From: Marsupella aquatica
Lineage: Eukaryota; Plantae; Marchantiophyta
Assembly: GCA_973895155.1 (NCBI GenBank)
Contig: OZ316895.1
Span: forward strand, 13,019,363 to 13,083,362
Length of the DNA stretch: 64,000 nucleotides
Direction of reading: 5' to 3'
The notes under the pieces are model-generated. The model ran no database searches. It was given only the letters and a program-made list of their open reading frames with translations, and was not told the DNA's origin. Below, piece after piece: positions 37,930 to 50,300 of the stretch. The translations under genes and the position numbers were made by a program. Each line of letters begins with the position of its first letter. Positions within the stretch are counted from its first letter, which is position 1.

Positions 37930-38409
37930 AATCGATCAATCAATCAATCACTGAGCTCCGATTCCCACTCCAACCAGTCCAACGATCATTCATCACGCAT
38001 CTCTGAGTTTCTCTCTTTTTTGTTTCCTTCGCTTTTCTTCGTATGCATCATGCACTCACTCACTCACTCACTCACTCACACAAATCAATACGCCAAACCC
38101 AATTTGTACAATTTGCAAACGCCGCACCCGTTCGGCGCAGATGCAACCACACTTCAATCTAAAGACAAAATCGGACGAAAGAACCCACACCCCCGCTTTC
38201 CGTCTCTCTAGTTAGCGCCTCCCCCCACTGCATGAGATTTCTTCTTTGGTCAGGGCATTCATTATGTACCCCTGCTCAACGCCGATCAATCTCTGCTCTG
38301 CAGCGGATAATTTTAGTCAAAAGCTTGGTGCTCCCATTGGGCTAGCTAAGAGGACATGATTCACACTTCTCCAATCTCTCTCGCTCTCCCTCAGTCCCTC
38401 TCCACTAGA

Positions 38410-39282
38410 CGGGAAAGTAATAAAGAAGGCCCGGTCCGACTCCGCTTTACCGGCTCGTCGGGAAGATACCCCCTGTACGGTGGTGTCCGCTGTTTCCCGA
38501 CGAATCGCCGTACCGTACCCTGCCGTGCAAGTGATCATCGGCCCCCGCTTCCATTGCACGCGCGGCCCCATTCGCTCACGAGAGAGACTACCAGGTCCGC
38601 TTACCGGCTCCCTCTCCGTGGCCACCGGCCTCCTCCTGCACCTCCCCTTCCTCTCCACGGCACACTGGAGGACCGATGGCGCTGCCCGTCCCGTAGCCCA
38701 TGCATGCCAGATAGGATCTACAGTCCAACTCTCCTCCAGCACACGCTGGTCAATCTGAGCTGTTGATCTGGAACTCGCTGTGCCTACAGCCTCGTCTACG
38801 ACTGCCCGTCAAGGACCGGTGACCAGTGACCGCGTCTCCACGCCCTGCCCTGTCCCCAGTCTGCAACGGCTCCCTTCACCTGCCGCCGTCCCGGAACGGG
38901 TTCGTGTCTCGCTAATGGCGATCGACGGCGCCTATTCCTGGCCGTCCCGATTAGTCCATCGACCCTCTGGCACCCAGTCGGATGAGCGTACTACTCAGCG
39001 TGCGTACCGGATCTCTGAGCCGGTGAGACTAGGTCGGCACCGGCGCGCCTACTTTGGCAGTCGCGGTCGCCGTTCGGATTCCGACTCGCGCCTTCTACAG
39101 CACACTGTCACTCGGGTGGTCAGTTGGGCTGGGGTTCGAACTCGACAGGGCGGGGGTTGCATCCGGCTCTGTTGCTCCGGCCACTCTGGCGTGCGGAGAG
39201 CAAGACCGGTCTCTCCGACAGTCCCCAGTGGACCGCGCCCTGATCCGCAAGGCAAGGAGAAGCTCCTGTGGACCAGGATTTT
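38410..39282 (+). ncRNA. Candidate large structured non-coding RNA of unknown class
   Basis: GC/CpG-rich island with many nested inverted repeats that pair on the + strand using G-U wobbles (for example 38455-38464/38494-38503, 38665-38672/38732-38739, 38745-38752/38820-38827, 38843-38854/39144-39155, 38884-38890/38924-38930). Tetraloop hairpins are present, and the first TTTT comes right after the last helix. No recognisable protein in any frame. Confidence 0.5.
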
Positions 39283-42200
39283 AGAAGGCGCTGGGATGGA
39301 GTATTGCAATCTGTAACTTCGGGAGTACATTTTCCTTCGTCTATGATTACCACTTTTTATGGCAAACACTTTTTTGATTGGGAGGAGTCTCGAAGTCAAA
39401 AATTGCGGGTTGTTTATCCAAGCATTAACTTTAATGTAGAGTGCTGTCCTTTTGGAACTAATGTTTTCTCAGCACACAATTATTTTAGTGAGTTATACGG
39501 TCGAACTGGACCTCCATTCCAAGCGTTGTCCTTGGATGGAATCCTGTGCTTCCATGGGATCAACAGAAATGAGCATTTCACTGAGGATGAGATGTAGTTC
39601 CCTCTCTCAGTACTTCCATTTTTCTTTGATTTGTGGGGAGGAAAATGAGGGGATATCTTAAATCCTTCATCTCGGTTTCTACTTTTGTACTTTGACGAAG
39701 AGAGTGCTCATCACAGTGCAAGGGCATTTTGAAATATGTCATTAATATGTCTCTTCATAAAGAAAGTAAAATCTGAATGCATTAATAATGGGTTAGTCTT
39801 GAACAGTGAAAATTCGTTCAAAGATTAAGCGTATACTACCAGGGTCTTCTGTGTAATAATAATAACTCGAAGCTTTGGCTAAAAGCTCGTGTCGTTTGTA
39901 GCATTAGAGCACACCAAGTCCTGGGAAAAGGGCGTTACTGGATGCCGTGAATTTTTTCTTCCTGATTTCCAGTATATAGGCAAGATTTGGACAGGCACAT
40001 TATGAAACTTCTTGTGTACTTTTGCAAAAATAGTAAGATTAAAACTTCTGATAAACCTGTTCAGGATATTAATTTCTCCCGTTTTTCGCACAATGGCCCA
40101 CAATGCTTGTAAACAGACGTTACTATATTCTGAATTTGTAATGTCCAAAAGGCTCCTCCTACTTTGGAAACACTTGGTTATTAATAATTGACATATAGCA
40201 CTAACAGTCTTCCACGCTTCCACCGATTTGGGGAAGCGCCTCAAAGGCAGTGCCCGACACCTACGTCACCTCATAAATTGCGACCCTTCGGTGCTCGGTA
40301 CCCTTGGAGTTTGCAATCCCATTTAGCGGCTGTCTATCCATTGGCGACCAAGCAGTGAGTCGAGCAAATTTTAATGAGCAAACCTCCAAAGCGCATGGCA
40401 AGCTCGGTGCTCTCGTGGGCCAGCCGAAAGACGCAGAAATTGTTCTGGTGGCGGTCGCCGGGGAAGCACCGGAATCCGCAACATCAGTCGCAACATCAGT
40501 GTGTAGTCTTTGTTGTTGGTCATTCCGAATTTCGTGGGTTACGTTTCTCAGACTCTTGTACAGTATTTTACAAGGTTGTCCCATCGGTTCTCGTCGGCCT
40601 GAGTTTTCAGCGTTCTGCTGCTCGCAGTATCGCGGAAGCTCGACGCTGAAGATTGGAATGGATCGCGTCAAGCTCCGTCAATGTACCTTTTTCAGCTCAC
40701 TGAATTAATAATGGACCTTGGTAGCGGCTCTTCGAAGATTGGAATGGGCCGTGTTGCCCTATGTCAATGGAGTTTGGTCTAGCCGTGTCAAAACCCTGGT
40801 CTTCTTGACCCTCTCGCTAATAAGTGTGACGAACATCTCATTTTCTGCATTCAGTGACCCTCTTGTTTCTTATGCTGACTGTCAAATTTGGACGGTGGAT
40901 TAAGAAGCGCTTTTTCTCCTGTATTTTGTGAGGTAGTTGCTCTAACGAATGCCTCAAGTGTGCATAAAGATAAATGGATGCGATACACCTACTGTAGGAT
41001 TGCCTTATCAATATTACTAAAATTATGAGAAGCTGTTAGAACCTGATCATAAGGGTAGATCTCAGATCTCTAAGACCTGACCAATCCAACTACAGCAAAA
41101 GACTGTCCCTGCTTTTTCTTCTTATCAATTCAAGGAGCCGAGATTTTGGCGGACAGTTATCTTTTTAATTTTAGGAAAGGAGTGGGAGCAGTGATTTCGC
41201 CTTTCCCTGCATAGCATTTTCTCTTAGACACATTCTGATGTATGCATGTGAGCCGTTTGATCTTAAAGCTCAACACATACATGTGACCCGTTTGAGTATT
41301 TTTCCCTTCTATTTGCTAACTATAATTAGTAATTAGTGTTACTACGAGTGATTCAAATAGAGAATCAGTAACACTAATTATGACATCAGCTCACATTACT
41401 TGTGGTGGGACTGCAATTCCAAAAATGTTGATTGAAACTATGAATCTTGTTGTCAGGATTCTCCTAGTTCACCTATTTGCAAAATGTGAGATGGAAATGA
41501 CATGGAACACAACCAAAAAATATATTCAAAAAACCAAGAGTGTAACCAAACATTTACACAGTGTTTCACAAGAATTATTGATTTTATTGTTATGTTAGTA
41601 TGTTCCATAGTTTGTGTAATTTGAGCTCTTAAACTTCTCTCGTCACACTGCCACACATGGTGGTAAGTTGGGTCATGGCTAAGCTTTCTCAGTTTACATG
41701 GTTCAGTATTTTGCTGACAAAGAGCCACAACATTTAGGTGTGGCCTTTTCAAGGAACACATTGTCTCAGATAAAGTTTTTCAGGTTGCTGACTTTAGGAT
41801 TCAATGTACTCCTCTTTTGCAAAATGCCTGCATGTTGTCCAGCCCATCACTTTTGGAACGTTACATTTTTGCGCTAGTGGCACCACTCTTTTTTTGTTGG
41901 GGGGGGGGCCAACTTAATTGACCACGGTGTTTACACTATTTCCACAGTACCACTGACTACGGTAAGCAGTGTACTTCGACTTCTTATTTGACTGCCATCC
42001 ATGTTCACACCTATAATTGCAATACCTTCTATTTTCCAGGATCGCTTGGGTTGGGTCAGTCAGAGGAAAGTAAAGTAGGGCCGAGTCGCTTCGCGCAGTC
42101 CCAAGGTGACTTTGATTGAAACGCAAGGATCGAGCGTCAAAAAGCTAAAAGGACAAGTGGAAAGCCAGATTTAGAACTTGGAACCGTTGAGTCCAAAAAG

Positions 42201-42585
42201 AAAAGGCGGAATCTCATTTGGAATCATAACAATTCTTTACTGTTGACACATTGTTGGGGACCATGACATTATCTTGAGGGGAATAAACTGTTTTCACGTG
42301 CCAAATTCATGCCAAATTTGGCAAAAGTCAAATGTCCATTTGGAGATGCATTAATGAGCGATTTGGCAAATTGTCTCGCGTTGAGTTGCATTAATGAGGT
42401 GCTCAATCTAACGATCTTAGTGAATGGCCAATTGGCCACCTCTGCTGGCTGCTGCCCTTGGAAAGCAACTACAGTACTTGCATTGCCATGCAAATAAATG
42501 CGGTTACTTTAATTTAATCTGAGGATGATCTCCGATTTCAAGACAGAAATTATATTATTAATAATGCATGCACTGAGGTTAATCT

Positions 42586-42774
42586 CAGGAGAGGATTGCC
42601 TCGCGTGATGTTATTCATGGCTTGAGGTCCGTTTTTATGGCACTACTTGCCTTTATATTAAGATCAGCATTTAATTGGCATGCATCTGATAAGCTGAGGA
42701 GTGAGGAGAGGATTGACTCAAGAGAATGTTAATAATGGTTTGAGGTCCGTTTTAATAACAGAACTGGCCCTTTT
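42586..42774. repeat. Two diverged direct copies about 117 bp apart
   Basis: AGGAGAGGATTG.CTC...ATGTTA...ATGG.TTGAGGTCCGTTTT occurs twice. Confidence 0.7.
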
Positions 42775-43700
42775 AACATCAACAGGGGTTGACTAAGCAA
42801 GCTGATACAGGTAAGCCACACGAGCACTCCTGGTGTGGATACAGTCAGCTCTCCTTAAGAGCACAGTCCACAAGTGCAAAACCTGGTTAATTGCAAGCCA
42901 TCTTTTACCCTCGTTTTCCCCGACATTTCATAAGAAGAGGCTCCACTGACAAATATGTAAGTAAAAGAGCTCTATAAGGGTTTATTCACACTTGTGGGTA
43001 TGAGTATAAAATCCTATGTGGAACACATATGGACAATTGCCTACCATTCTATGTAGAGTTAATGTTGGGGTCATGAGATAGTTGACAGGGGTTTACTGTA
43101 GGAATATACAGTTAATAGTTTAGGGAAGACACCAGAATCATTACTTGAACATGAGATGGTACCATCCGACAAGGGAGAGAGGAAAGAGGAATGAATGTCT
43201 AGAAACTTGAGGAACTCCAGGAGCAAGAAAAAGCATCATGTTAGTTATGTAGATGTGCAATTCAGAAAACACATGAAACTGCAAAGGCCCTGGCTTCTTC
43301 CTGAGTGTGTGCACTTAGGAAGAGTATACTCTACCGCCAAGGAGGGTATTTCATGACTCCAGGCAAATGTCACCCAAGCTGATTGATAGAAGGATGGAGA
43401 GCCAACTTGCATGGGGGGGCGCCCTCAAGCTGTCAGACCTTTGTATTCCCTAAATTGCAGGATCTAGATTCTCAAAAGCTAATCATACACAAACTCTTTT
43501 TCTGTCACTACTTTTTCTTTGTTTTGTCATTTTGTGCTCGTCTTTGTTTTCTGATTTCAAAGTAATGGACCTCAATTCAAGCCCTTGCCCGTGGTTCTTC
43601 ACGTTAGATGCCGTAAGCTCTGTCTAACAGGTATGTTTCTTCACAAAATCGTCAATCAAAACTTTCTTTCCATCTGCGGAGGTGAGACCCTGAAAGCTAA

Positions 43701-44063
43701 GGGCCAACTCGCATGTCGAGAGTCCTTCACAATGCGGCCCTTAGACTGCAACATGTCGTGATAAGAATTGATAATTGTGCAATCCCGTAAGCCCCTCCTT
43801 CGGCAGGCCTGACTGCAGGTCTGGTGGGGACCCAAGGGCAAGGTCCGGAAACTTTCCGGCCCTTGCAGGTCCTGACCTCTACTTTGCTAATAAAACAATC
43901 CTCAAGCTTCTATACATAGCACGTCCTGGACTGTCGCTAACAGAATGATAACCATGACCTTGTACTGGTTTCTCTGATTGGTATAGCAGATCACACTTTT
44001 CCCTGAAGTGGCGCATGAGGTAAGGGCCGCATTGTGAAGGAGTGTCTACATGCGAGTTGGCCC
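43701..44063. mobile_element. PIF/Harbinger-type (Tourist-like) MITE, 363 bp
   Basis: TIRs of about 43 bp: GGGCCAACTCGCATGT...CCTTCACAATGCGGCCCTTA (43701-43743) and TAAGGGCCGCATTGTGAAGG...ACATGCGAGTTGGCCC (44021-44063). TAA TSD at 43698-43700 and 44064-44066. Confidence 0.9.
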
Positions 44064-46381
44064 TAAGGGCCACCCACATACAAGCTGACTCGAATCTCTA
44101 GAGCACCATATTAATCATCAAGAATTATCCGAAAACCATCCATACAGTCCAAGAAATCTACTAATTATACTTTCAGACAATGAGACCTCGACCGTAATTT
44201 TGGGGATCAGGTTGTGCCAGACGAATAATGACAAGTGCATAAAGTTACTCCATTCTGACATTCTCCCCCAATTTGGCATTTTGATTTATGGGGTCTGGTT
44301 TCTTATCAGTACTAATGTTACTGTAGCAGATTTCGTGGGGCGCAGGAGGGGTGTACTACTGTACTGAGACAGATTCAGAACCATGGTTGATGGTTCTTTG
44401 TCCTGTTAGGCTGACATTTCAAGTTTGGAGTGATCAATTGTTCAAATTTGCTATTACTCAGAATGTTTTTTGTGTAATTAATACTTGCTTATAATTGAGA
44501 CTGGCCCTTGCACATCAAAAATAGGATATTATGTATTTTGTTACCCGAGAGGTGTGAATGGAATTCTCATATCACGAACACTGCACCCAATTGTTCGCTT
44601 ATCTTTAACTTGATTATTCTTTTATATCTGTGTGTACTTATTGAGGTGGTTTATTTAAACCTTGGCCCCCAAGCAGTGTACATCTTGAACTCCTTTGGAC
44701 CCACCAATTACCATGTAGGCTCAGGCAAACCTGAGCTGAAATGGCCGCCAGAACTCTTCTACAGACAAGAACCAGCGGTCACACTCAACTAGAGTTGGGG
44801 TGAAATTTCCATCTGGAAATAGAGCAGAAGTTTTCATTGGGTCATTCTTGTAAAGCTCCCCTCATCTGCTTGCTCCAGGAACACCAGAGCGTGGGTTGAT
44901 GGGTTCCTTGCCAAAGTGATGCAGCACATAAAGAGGCCTAGATCTGCCATTGACTAACTTATGTGGAAGAATCAATGTAAGTTTAAGTAAGATAGATGTT
45001 CCTATTGAACCCTCCGTTTTCAAGCTTCCAGAGTCCAGACCCATGGTCTAGGGCATGATCTTGGGATTACATTGATTGACCTAGCTCCCACTTTCATTTA
45101 TGAATTTCACTCTGTTAAGATCAAGTCTAGTGTCCAGCATTCATGTAAACCACAAGTGTAGTCAAGCTAATACTCTTTGGGTATCCTTGAGCGTTAAAGT
45201 AGTTGTGAAGGGGATGCTTATTTATATCACACTGCAAACGAACAAAGAGGCACCGAAATGGGAGACAGGGTCCCATAGGCAAAAGGCCCAATGAATGGGA
45301 GGCCAGCAAATAACCAACAAAGAAAAAAGACCATTGGACCCTCTCTACTGGCAAACTGCTAAATGCTTAATCTGAGTGTTTAGTATTGCATCTTGCAATA
45401 AGTTAATAATGCAATGATGACCCCTATTATAGAACAGGTTGCTTGTTGCTCAATCCGAATACTTCTGGCATGTACTAAACAAATCATGTTTCTGAAAGGT
45501 TGGTATTACGGGATACTTTGGCTCATGATGAGCTCTCTATGACTCTATAGGATTCTCCTTGACCCTTGCATTGACTGCCAAGAACCTTCCGTCGCATTTG
45601 GTGCATTATCTATGAACATTAGTCAATGGTTCTCTTTGCCTATGTAGTGTAAAATAATAAATGCTTGGGTGTTCCGCGTTTTCCATCAAGAATTGGTCCT
45701 CTTTGGCCTCAATTTTCAAATGTGCAATTGTAGACTATGAGTATCCATTGTTTCTGATTATTATGGCCAATTGTGCAACTTTCATTATTTAAATTTCTCA
45801 AACTTTTACAGCAAATTGCTAACTGTTCTCCTCGCTGTTCTCACAACATTGGCTAGACAAGTTTAGTCCTTTCGTAGTAAACAAGGGAACAGAGAATACA
45901 ACCTCCTCCAGCAAAACAACAATAGGGAATCCTTAGCAATAGCAAGAGCCATACTAATATGTAGCTTTGGCAAGAAGATATGGCTGATTTTTTGTGCAAA
46001 GTCACCAAACTTCCTGCTCCAAAAAATGTATAGGTTCCTGTCTACTTGAAAATAATGCTCCCATGGACCGGAGACAGAAATCATACAATTGGGATGGACG
46101 AATTGGGAATATTCCCTGTCACAAAGATAGCTGTCCATTGCGATACAAAAATCCATTTTCCTATACACTTTTTTTTACTTGAAAGAAAGTGTTTGTTTGA
46201 TATCAGTAAAATCCAAATAGATAACACAGATAACCCACAAGATCAAGCCATCAGGAAAGGGGCGCTTGACCAGGAAAGGTGAAGTGAGGTTATAGGATAC
46301 CCCCAAAGATTTTATGCATCTTGACTGTAGGCATGCAGATAGGTTTGCTAAACACTTACTTGTTTCCATTGGGGAATAAGT

Positions 46382-46559
46382 GAGGTATTTGCTTGATCGA
46401 CCTCCAAAATGAAACTTGTTACTTGATCGACCCCCTGAGGTCTATCAAAGGTCCAGATCTTAGATCGAAAGGTCCATCAACGGTCCAGATTGGGGAAAAG
46501 TATAGAGGGGGTTGATTAAGCAAAACTTTTCCAAAAGAGGTCTACTAAGCATATCTCTC
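46382..46559. mobile_element. Small Mutator-like MITE (178 bp)
   Basis: 10-bp direct repeat GGGAATAAGT at 46372-46381 and 46560-46569 flanks imperfect long inverted termini (GAGGTATTTGCTTGATCGACCTC... / ...GAGGTCTACTAAGCATATCTCTC). Confidence 0.75.
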
Positions 46560-47341
46560 GGGAATAAGTCTTTCCTTTGTAAAAGTGATCTAGTAGAATA
46601 AGTCAAAACAGATGCTTCAAGGTTACTTCAAACTACAGAAACTTGCAAGGCGTCAGATTATGATTGTGGCTCTAAAGAAATCAGAAGGCCAGAAGAGTGC
46701 AAATGTAAAAGCTGGATTGGGGGTTAATTAGAAATAGCACAAGTTAAGTATAATCTCGGTAAGCTTTGACTATGGAAAGATTCTGAGTTAGATATTTTCC
46801 ATGAATGTTAGAGAAATTAATATCTTGAATGAAGTCATGGACAAAGTCATTAAGTTGTACCTGTTTCCCCTAAATCGTTCATTAATGCCACTGTAGGACT
46901 ATCTCTTTTGAACCTCGAGAATTCCCACAACCTTGTCCCAATAGTCAACTCAAGTCCTGAAGCTTTGCTGCATTCCTTGAGGACAGTTTCTGTTGATGTA
47001 TTGGAGCCCCATCCCCCCTTCTCTCTCACACTAAAAATGACAAAGGTGTAGCAAACTCTAATACAAGTATATAATGGTTTTTATTAGTTGCATTAAAATT
47101 TACATCGGCGTGAATGCATACCAAATTGTTGCCGTAGATGTCACACATCGAATTATATATATAAGATCAACGCATATCCATAATTCATAACCGAATCATA
47201 TAAGTACACATAATTATTGCTATGGTACATGTTGACAATAAATAAACAGCTTAAGTTGGGAAGACTACGATCTTTGGCTAACTTTTTTACAAGGGATCTT
47301 GATGGACGATTGAGTGCTATAATCTTTGGATATGTATCCTT

Positions 47342-50300
47342 TCATTGATCTTCTTCAAAGAGGCCTTTCACTAGCTCAAAAAGTACCTCTTCCAAGACCA
47401 TGTGAGCCATGTCTGAAGCCCTTACAGAGGGCTCCTCACGTATTCTCTCTACAGGAGGTTCATTGAGCATTTGGGGAGGAGTGGGTGGAGGCGTCTTGGT
47501 CAATGCAACACATAGTCCTTCTCGCACATTGTCCTCAAAATCTTTTGGAAGGTTGCTATCCACATCTTCAACACTTTCCATTGTTGCACAAGGTGTTTGA
47601 GGCAAGCTTGGCTTTCCAGCCCAGGGGGGAGCCTCAGGAAGTGTCCCATCAGGAAGACCTTCCAATTGAGATGTAGCTATGGATGTTTTATCCAACGGTG
47701 GAATAGGTTTCTTGAAGTCCTCAAAGAAAAGGATTCTGTCTCCAAGTCTATCAAATGTTTCAAAGGATATAGTACTCATCTCATCTTGCAAGCTTTCTTG
47801 GACCAACTCCAAGAGTATACCAAAGAGCAACTCCATCTGCACCTCGTCAACTGTTTTGTCAGGTAATTTAAATGCCAACCTCTCCTCGATTGATAAGAGA
47901 TCTTCTGTGGTGGCATTAAATATCCTCGGGCAAATGTGTGACCTGACTGTCAAGTATACATTATTATAGATGGGTGGTGGTGGGTTGAACGTGAGAGCTT
48001 CCTTCTCCAATTGCTTGTTCCTCTCCAAGTCTCTATTCTCTTCCAGACGCTCAAGCTTGAAGCGTGCATTGTCTGTCATGTGCAATTTAGCTGTAGTTGT
48101 GAATCTCTCTATAACACAATGATGTGTAAACAATTTATTGTAAATTCCTGCTCCAAGCCTTTTTGGCCATGTGTCCACGAAAATCTCAACTGGATCTCGT
48201 GGAGACCTTCCAGGTGGGATTTCAATTAGCTCATCATATTCCAAGGGGATCCTCTTTGTAGCAAGGCACATCGTTGTCTCAAAAATTTGTGGTTGAAACC
48301 CAGCAGTAAAGTGCACCTGGAACAAACAACAAAATTACGATGTCTATGATGGGGTTCATGAGTCCAGAATCCACATTCATTTGCTAATTGAAGAGCACAA
48401 TTGTACATAAGTATGAGCAAATGCGTTCATGTATATCTCAATGGCTTAAGTTTGGCTTCATATAGAACTTACTTAGTTTGGACACTGCACTAGTCAGAGA
48501 GATGACAGAATATGGGTTGCATTCAGATATATTTATCACTACTCTTCAGAAATAAAAATAAAAATAATTCCAAGGCCAAACTGGGCATGATATTAAGAAT
48601 ACTCCAATGATTTTCCAAGCCAGAGTCTTCACCTTACACAAAACTTGTTTGCCTGGCTCAAGAATTCCTTGTTGCGGGTAGACCTGGAATTTACCTTGCA
48701 CATTCTTCTCAATTGCTGCACTATTGTGCCAAGAAAATTCTACTTTGCAATCAGTTGATAGACATTGAATGGCCAAGAGCCGATGGCTATCTGCTAGCTC
48801 AGTAACATAGTTAAAGTCTATCAGTTCAGTGGATAAAATGACAGGTACATCAGGCCAATTGTAGGTTTGTCCAACTTTTGGCGGCTCATTTCTTGGTGGG
48901 GATATTTCCAGCTCGAACCTATTTTTTGGATGAACTCCATTTCCTTCAATCATGAGTATTTTACCTTCCCCATTGCTTATATGGATAGGAACTCTCACAC
49001 TGTAAAGTTTGGGTTCCAAAGGCTGGAACATCCAATTGAGTAAGATAGATTCTTGAGCAGGTATAACACCAATTGGGTTTTGACACCATAACACACGGAA
49101 CCCAAAGTTAGCTGTCCTCATTTCTTCTAGAGGGCCATCATCCACCCTGTAGTCAATATCACATGGTCCCCTATTGCATAACTCAACAGTCTGGTATGCT
49201 GGATTGAAAACCCCTACAGGTGTGGGTTTTAGAAAATGTATTTCAGTGTCCATCACCAAAATTCTTGGAGGATCTATGACAGATCTTCCTTGGAGATTAA
49301 TGTGAATAGTCCTGCCATGTTGCACTTCAAGGATTGCTGGCAACACATGCTTTCCTTCCATTATGTGCACATATCTAAACCTTAAAAATTGCTCTTCCCC
49401 TGGTAAAATGTAACCTTTCCTGGGCTCTACATGGAAGAGATTGAATTTTCTTATAAGCATGAGTCTTCGTTCTTCCTCTGTAGGCGTTCCTGGCATCACC
49501 CAATTTTCCATGTCAACTTCAACATCATTCCACAACCTAACTCTCCATGCAACTGGGAGCTCGTTCCCACTTTTGATAACAAGGTCTATAATAGTTTGGT
49601 TTGTTGAGACAAGGTCAGCTCCAAAATCAAATGTGAAAGCTCTTGAAGTATCGCCATGATGACCACAACAAAACAGGTCTTCATATATCGCCTCTCCCAA
49701 AGGCTTAACATTAAGCCTCCCATTGCACAAAGTATAATTCAACTTCCGAACTTGGAGCTCTTGCCACATTTGAGGGTTGCTAAGTCCCTCACTTCGAGCT
49801 GATGCAATAACTAAGTATGGATACTTAGCATTGGCTCTCATTGATGATACAGCTGTGGCACCACGAGGGGATGACATAGGTAAGCCATCATTCTCGTATC
49901 TCAAAGGGTCTGTTTCAGGTAGAAGGTTGACATATTGGGGCATTTCTTGAAGGGGCAAATATGTTTGACAAAAAATACCGATGTCATAGTATAATTCCTT
50001 GATGGCATGGAATGTGACCAAGATCTTGCGTTTAGCATGTCCATGAAGAAGTCCTGTTGGTCGATCAAAAGATATCTTACAATTATTCTCCACAGACTTT
50101 GAGGGGAAGGTGAATCCTAGTTCATACCTTAGGCTACCAGCACTAAGATTTCTCAAAGTAATACGTGCCTTGCATGGAAAGCCCACCACAATAAATCCAT
50201 AGTCTAAAATTTCAGGCTCAATTCTTATAGTTTCTAGAACTCCCTCTCCGTTGGCAATAAGTTGTATTCTATTCACTTCCTTTGTTGCAACATTTTCTAT

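Noticed and set aside
38581-38592. GAGAGACTAC resembling the group I intron R element
   Set aside because: No convincing S element or P3/P7 core and no host exon context.
39114-39143. A-box/B-box-like TGGTCAGTTGG...GGTTCGAACTC suggesting a tRNA or SINE
   Set aside because: The spacing is far too short for a tRNA, there is no cloverleaf, and the bases fit better into the long-range helix.
38356-39316. Overlapping ORFs on both strands in the GC island (one + frame has a single TGA at 38756-38758)
   Set aside because: Arg/Pro/Ser-rich translations with no recognisable motif (no RdRp, capsid or LRR pattern). Long open frames are expected in GC-rich DNA.
39879-40708. ORFs of 121-136 aa on both strands
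   Set aside because: Non-ATG starts, no splice-consistent model and no known motifs.
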